From the NCBI GenBank assembly GCA_034189025.1, contig JAXHVS010000142.1, forward strand, positions 66,147-128,830: DNA of 62,684 nucleotides. Reading direction: 5' to 3'. Shown piece by piece: positions 59,595 to 62,684 of this stretch. A program made the translations under genes and the position numbers. Under the pieces are notes generated by a model. The model saw nothing but the letters and a program-made list of their open reading frames with translations. It was not told the origin of the DNA and did not search any database. The first letter of the stretch is position 1, and each line of letters opens with the position of its first letter. This stretch comes from Bacteroidota bacterium. Lineage in GTDB: Bacteria > Bacteroidota > Bacteroidia > Bacteroidales > UBA12077.

Positions 59595-61034
59595 TCAATT
59601 GTTAGCTTCCAAATAACGTTGCACAAAATAAACCCACTGATCCAACCGGTCATATAGTTGAATTTTGGGTTCAAAGGGTATTTTAATATCCGGGGCGATT
59701 CCAATATTGTCGATTGGATTTTCCGGAAGCCTTCCTGAGCGGGTTGCAGGCAGCCATAAATGATATTTCCCGGAGGGTAATTCTTTTGGGGTGATATTTG
59801 AATAATCCAGTATACCGGCAGTATTTTGTGCTCCAAATGTGATCACTTTCCGGCTGTGTTGTGCAGTTAATAAAAATTGTTCGGCCGACGAAGCATTGTT
59901 CTCATTAAGAATAATTCCTACTTTTTTGGGATAAGGATAAATGGTATCTTGTTTAATAATACTATCTTCATAATAAGGATGCAATACGAAACCTCCCACA
60001 TTGGTTTTCATTCTGGCCAGCAAGTCTTTTGCTTGTTGTTCAAACCCTTCTTTTATGTGCCCTTGTTTAATATTATCCTCCATATCTTTAATATGCCCCC
60101 GGGAAGCATACCATTCAACATTTTTGGATTCGTAGGGGCCAGTATAAATAAGTTCTGCCAGTTTTTCATAATAGTAATCCTGGCCACCGCTATTGTTCCG
60201 GATATCAATAATCAAGTTGGGCCGGCACATGATTTCATTCCAGTGTTTTGTAACAAGCTGTTCGGATAAATCGGAATAAAATGTTGGGATTCTTAAATAA
60301 AAAGTACTGTCGCTCAGTGGTAATGCTACCGGATAAGTATTTAATCCATTGGGAAATCGTGGAATATAGGAAGATAATAGTGCCTGATCGAAGGCAGGAT
60401 CATGCGTTTGCCTTACCAGTCGGATATAATCATGAATTTCCAGCACCTTGTGGTTCAGTTGCAGGGATGCTATTTCTTGATGGGGATTAAACTTCCTGAA
60501 ATTCCAATAGGTTGTTAGGGCAAAGATGCTGTCATTGCGGGCTGTTCCCTCAAAAATTACCTGGTATTTATCGTATCCCCGGTAATCCAGGGCGATTCCT
60601 TTATAGTGGTTAGTGTCCTGTTTAATTACAGCAAGCTTGCCCCAAAAACCGATCCAAATCCCTTCCAGTCCATGCGAAGGGTTTTTTAGTTTTTCAGGTT
60701 CCACCTGAAAATATTTTTTTGGGGTAGAAGGAGATGTAGGCCTTTTAGCCTGGTGGTTTGCCGATATTCTTAAGTGGTTATCCTTAAACCACGATACATA
60801 GCTATCCATATACGTTTTACAGGAATCAGGACAGGATTTGATTTTTTTTCTTATCTTTTGTTCCAGGGCTTTGAGTTCGGCAAGATTTTGATCATTGACC
60901 TTATCGGCATATCCCGGATAATCGTTTTTAATACGATGAACAATCGTATTAAAATCCTGGATACATTCGTTGTACTGTGCCTGGATGGTTAGGGCGATCA
61001 CTAAAAACCAAACCAGGGAGAGTGTTTTTTTCAT
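59595..61034 (-). CDS. S41-family (tail-specific protease-like) peptidase
   Basis: 479 aa with a signal peptide, IIDIRNNSGGQ nucleophile-region pattern, and later SSAEQF / GAQNTAG segments. Confidence 0.7.
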   Translation of the reverse strand: MKKTLSLVWFLVIALTIQAQYNECIQDFNTIVHRIKNDYPGYADKVNDQNLAELKALEQKIRKKIKSCPDSCKTYMDSYVSWFKDNHLRISANHQAKRPTSPSTPKKYFQVEPEKLKNPSHGLEGIWIGFWGKLAVIKQDTNHYKGIALDYRGYDKYQVIFEGTARNDSIFALTTYWNFRKFNPHQEIASLQLNHKVLEIHDYIRLVRQTHDPAFDQALLSSYIPRFPNGLNTYPVALPLSDSTFYLRIPTFYSDLSEQLVTKHWNEIMCRPNLIIDIRNNSGGQDYYYEKLAELIYTGPYESKNVEWYASRGHIKDMEDNIKQGHIKEGFEQQAKDLLARMKTNVGGFVLHPYYEDSIIKQDTIYPYPKKVGIILNENNASSAEQFLLTAQHSRKVITFGAQNTAGILDYSNITPKELPSGKYHLWLPATRSGRLPENPIDNIGIAPDIKIPFEPKIQLYDRLDQWVYFVQRYLEANN

Positions 61035-61249
61035 GGTTTATTTTATATGCTTAAAGTTCTTTAAAATTTTTTTTATGAATTTCTAATATTTTATTTTCAA
61101 TATCTATACGAATATAAAATTTTTTAAATGAATAATCAATTGATATTGGTGATTTAATTCTATGCTAGATAATGTCAAGTTATATTACTATTGTTATTTC
61201 TGATTACAATGATATTTTTAAGATAGGTTGACAGATTGGCATATTGCAG

Positions 61250-61285
61250 AAAATAAAAAAGCTAATGCATTGTGCACTAGCTTTT
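61250..61285 (-). terminator. intrinsic terminator downstream of tRNA-Pro
   Basis: On the minus strand: AAAGCTAGTGCA CAA TGCATTAGCTTT (12-bp stem, one G-U pair) followed by TTTATTTT. Confidence 0.7.
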
Positions 61286-61300
61286 AACCGTTTAATTTTG

Positions 61301-61375
61301 TCGGGATGGCCAGATTCGAACTGGCGACCCCACGCCCCCCAGACGTGTACTCTAACCGGGCTGAGCTACATCCCG
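61301..61375 (-). tRNA. tRNA-Pro, anticodon GGG
   Basis: Manual cloverleaf of CGGGATGTAGCTCAGCCCGGTTAGAGTACACGTCTGGGGGGCGTGGGGTCGCCAGTTCGAATCTGGCCATCCCGA. It has a 7-bp acceptor stem, GCTC/GAGT D stem, CACGT/GCGTG anticodon stem, loop CTGGGGG (U33 then GGG), 5-nt variable loop, GCCAG/CTGGC T stem and TTCGAAT loop. CCA is not encoded. Confidence 0.93.
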
Positions 61376-61422
61376 AGCATTTTCCGTTGGATGGTTATAC
61401 GTTAATCCTTCCAAACGGATCA

Positions 61423-61430
61423 CAAAAATA
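61423..61430 (-). promoter_or_regulatory. Bacteroidota-type -7 box (TATTTTTG on the minus strand) upstream of tRNA-Pro
   Basis: Plus strand CAAAAATA is the reverse complement of TATTTTTG, about 48 nt upstream of the tRNA 5' end. Confidence 0.35.
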
Positions 61431-61569
61431 AGTTATCAATTCTTAATTTGCAACATTTTATTTTATTTAAATTTTGGTATATTTATTGCTAAATACAATT
61501 ATTAAAATATTAAATTATCTAAATAATTTATTACGTCAAATCAATTAAATCATTAAAATATATAAAAAA

Positions 61570-62565
61570 ATGGCATTATTTAAAACATTAGATAATCTGG
61601 ACGAAGAAAAAAAACAATCACCGGTTGATGCAGAGGTTGAAAAAGTGAAGTGTTTAATTATTGGCTCAGGCCCTGCAGGATATACAGCAGCAATTTATGC
61701 AGCACGAGCCAATTTAAATCCTGTATTGTACGAAGGGATTGAACCGGGCGGACAGTTAACCACGACTAATGAAGTTGAAAATTATCCGGGATATCCCGAA
61801 GGGGTTACCGGGCCTGTAATGATGGAAGATTTTAAAAAACAAGCAGAGCGTTTTGGAACCGATGTTCGTTTTGGCATTGCAACAGCTGCCGACCTGTCAA
61901 AACGTCCTTTTAAAATTACCATCGATGACAAAAAAGTTATCGAAGCTGAAGTATTAATTATTGCTACCGGTGCCACAGCAAAATACTTAGGATTGGAATC
62001 GGAAACCAAATATAAAGGACAAGGCGTTTCGGCCTGTGCTACCTGCGATGGATTTTTCTACAAAGGAAAAGATGTTGCAGTTGTAGGTGGTGGAGATACT
62101 GCTGCCGAAGAAGCTACATATCTTGCAGGAATCTGTAATAAGGTTTATTTAATTATCCGAAAAGACCACATGAGAGCTTCTAAAGTAATGCAGGAAAGAG
62201 TTTTTAATACCAAAAATATAGAGATTCTTTTTGAGCATAATACCAAAGAAATTGTGGGTGACAGCAGTGGGGTCACTGGAGCTATTCTTGTAAACGGCAA
62301 AGGCGAAGAGGTAAAAATTAATATTCACGGGTTTTTCTTAGCCATTGGGCATAAACCCAATTCGGATATTTTTAAGGATTATATTGATACCGATGAGGTT
62401 GGGTATATTAAAACACACCCAGACACATCCAAGACCAAAGTTGATGGTGTTTTTGCCTGTGGCGATGTAATGGACCCCCATTACAGGCAGGCTGTTACAG
62501 CCGCAGGATCTGGTTGCAGGGCTGCTATTGATGCGGAAAGATTTTTATCTTCTCAGAGAAAATAA
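61570..62565 (+). CDS. trxB: thioredoxin-disulfide reductase
   Basis: 331 aa with FAD motif GSGPAGYTAAIYAARA, redox-active CATCDG and NADPH motif GGGDTAAEEA. Confidence 0.95.
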   Translation: MALFKTLDNLDEEKKQSPVDAEVEKVKCLIIGSGPAGYTAAIYAARANLNPVLYEGIEPGGQLTTTNEVENYPGYPEGVTGPVMMEDFKKQAERFGTDVRFGIATAADLSKRPFKITIDDKKVIEAEVLIIATGATAKYLGLESETKYKGQGVSACATCDGFFYKGKDVAVVGGGDTAAEEATYLAGICNKVYLIIRKDHMRASKVMQERVFNTKNIEILFEHNTKEIVGDSSGVTGAILVNGKGEEVKINIHGFFLAIGHKPNSDIFKDYIDTDEVGYIKTHPDTSKTKVDGVFACGDVMDPHYRQAVTAAGSGCRAAIDAERFLSSQRK

Positions 62566-62684
62566 GGATCACTTCATATTTCGGGTGGATAATTAAATAA
62601 TTTCATTATAAATTTTATTCTATATAATTATTTATTTTGAATTTGTTTTACTGATAGAAACATGAATACATAGTATTTATACTT

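Noticed and set aside
59540-59836. 98-aa minus-strand ORF overlapping the 3' end of the S41 peptidase gene
   Set aside because: It is out of frame with, and largely nested in, the longer peptidase ORF, with no supporting signals.

Overview
This is an AT-rich chromosomal segment (roughly one-third G+C, estimated by eye, not computed). It has the hallmarks of a Bacteroidota genome: a short 285-aa primary sigma factor, TAnnTTTG -7 boxes, few Shine-Dalgarno sites, an rseC-rnfBCDGEA operon, a TonB-dependent receptor with a CarboxypepD_reg-type N-terminus, and DUF3108/DUF2892/DUF362-type proteins. I support about 50 protein genes, one tRNA-Pro(GGG) and several intrinsic terminators. I saw no rRNA, CRISPR array, transposase, integrase or prophage genes. 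Most of the window is housekeeping: recG, the rnf operon, tex, ptrB-like oligopeptidase, mutS2, ftsE, gyrB, dapF, htrA, rpoD, uvrB and trxB. Eight things stand out. (1) A Tat-exported DUF362 protein is tightly coupled to a fused NapH-like/NapG-like polyferredoxin with no known terminal reductase nearby. (2) A 15-17-nt word is shared by the promoters of an OmpR-type two-component system and the adjacent TonB-dependent receptor, with identical spacing to the -7 box. (3) A glycan-modification cluster carries two deacetylase-like genes, a FemAB/GNAT-like acyltransferase, an opposite-strand sulfotransferase, a GT4 and a flippase. (4) In an MNT/HEPN toxin-antitoxin remnant, the HEPN gene carries two in-frame TAA stops. 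(5) A fold-type III PLP decarboxylase gene is broken by two frameshifts. (6) A DAK2(FakA-like)-DegV(FakB-like) fusion protein is present. (7) gyrB contains an in-frame (AATGGN)x7 microsatellite. (8) A 1031-aa TPR protein is paired with a beta-barrel protein. All family assignments come from motifs read in the translations; no database search was run.
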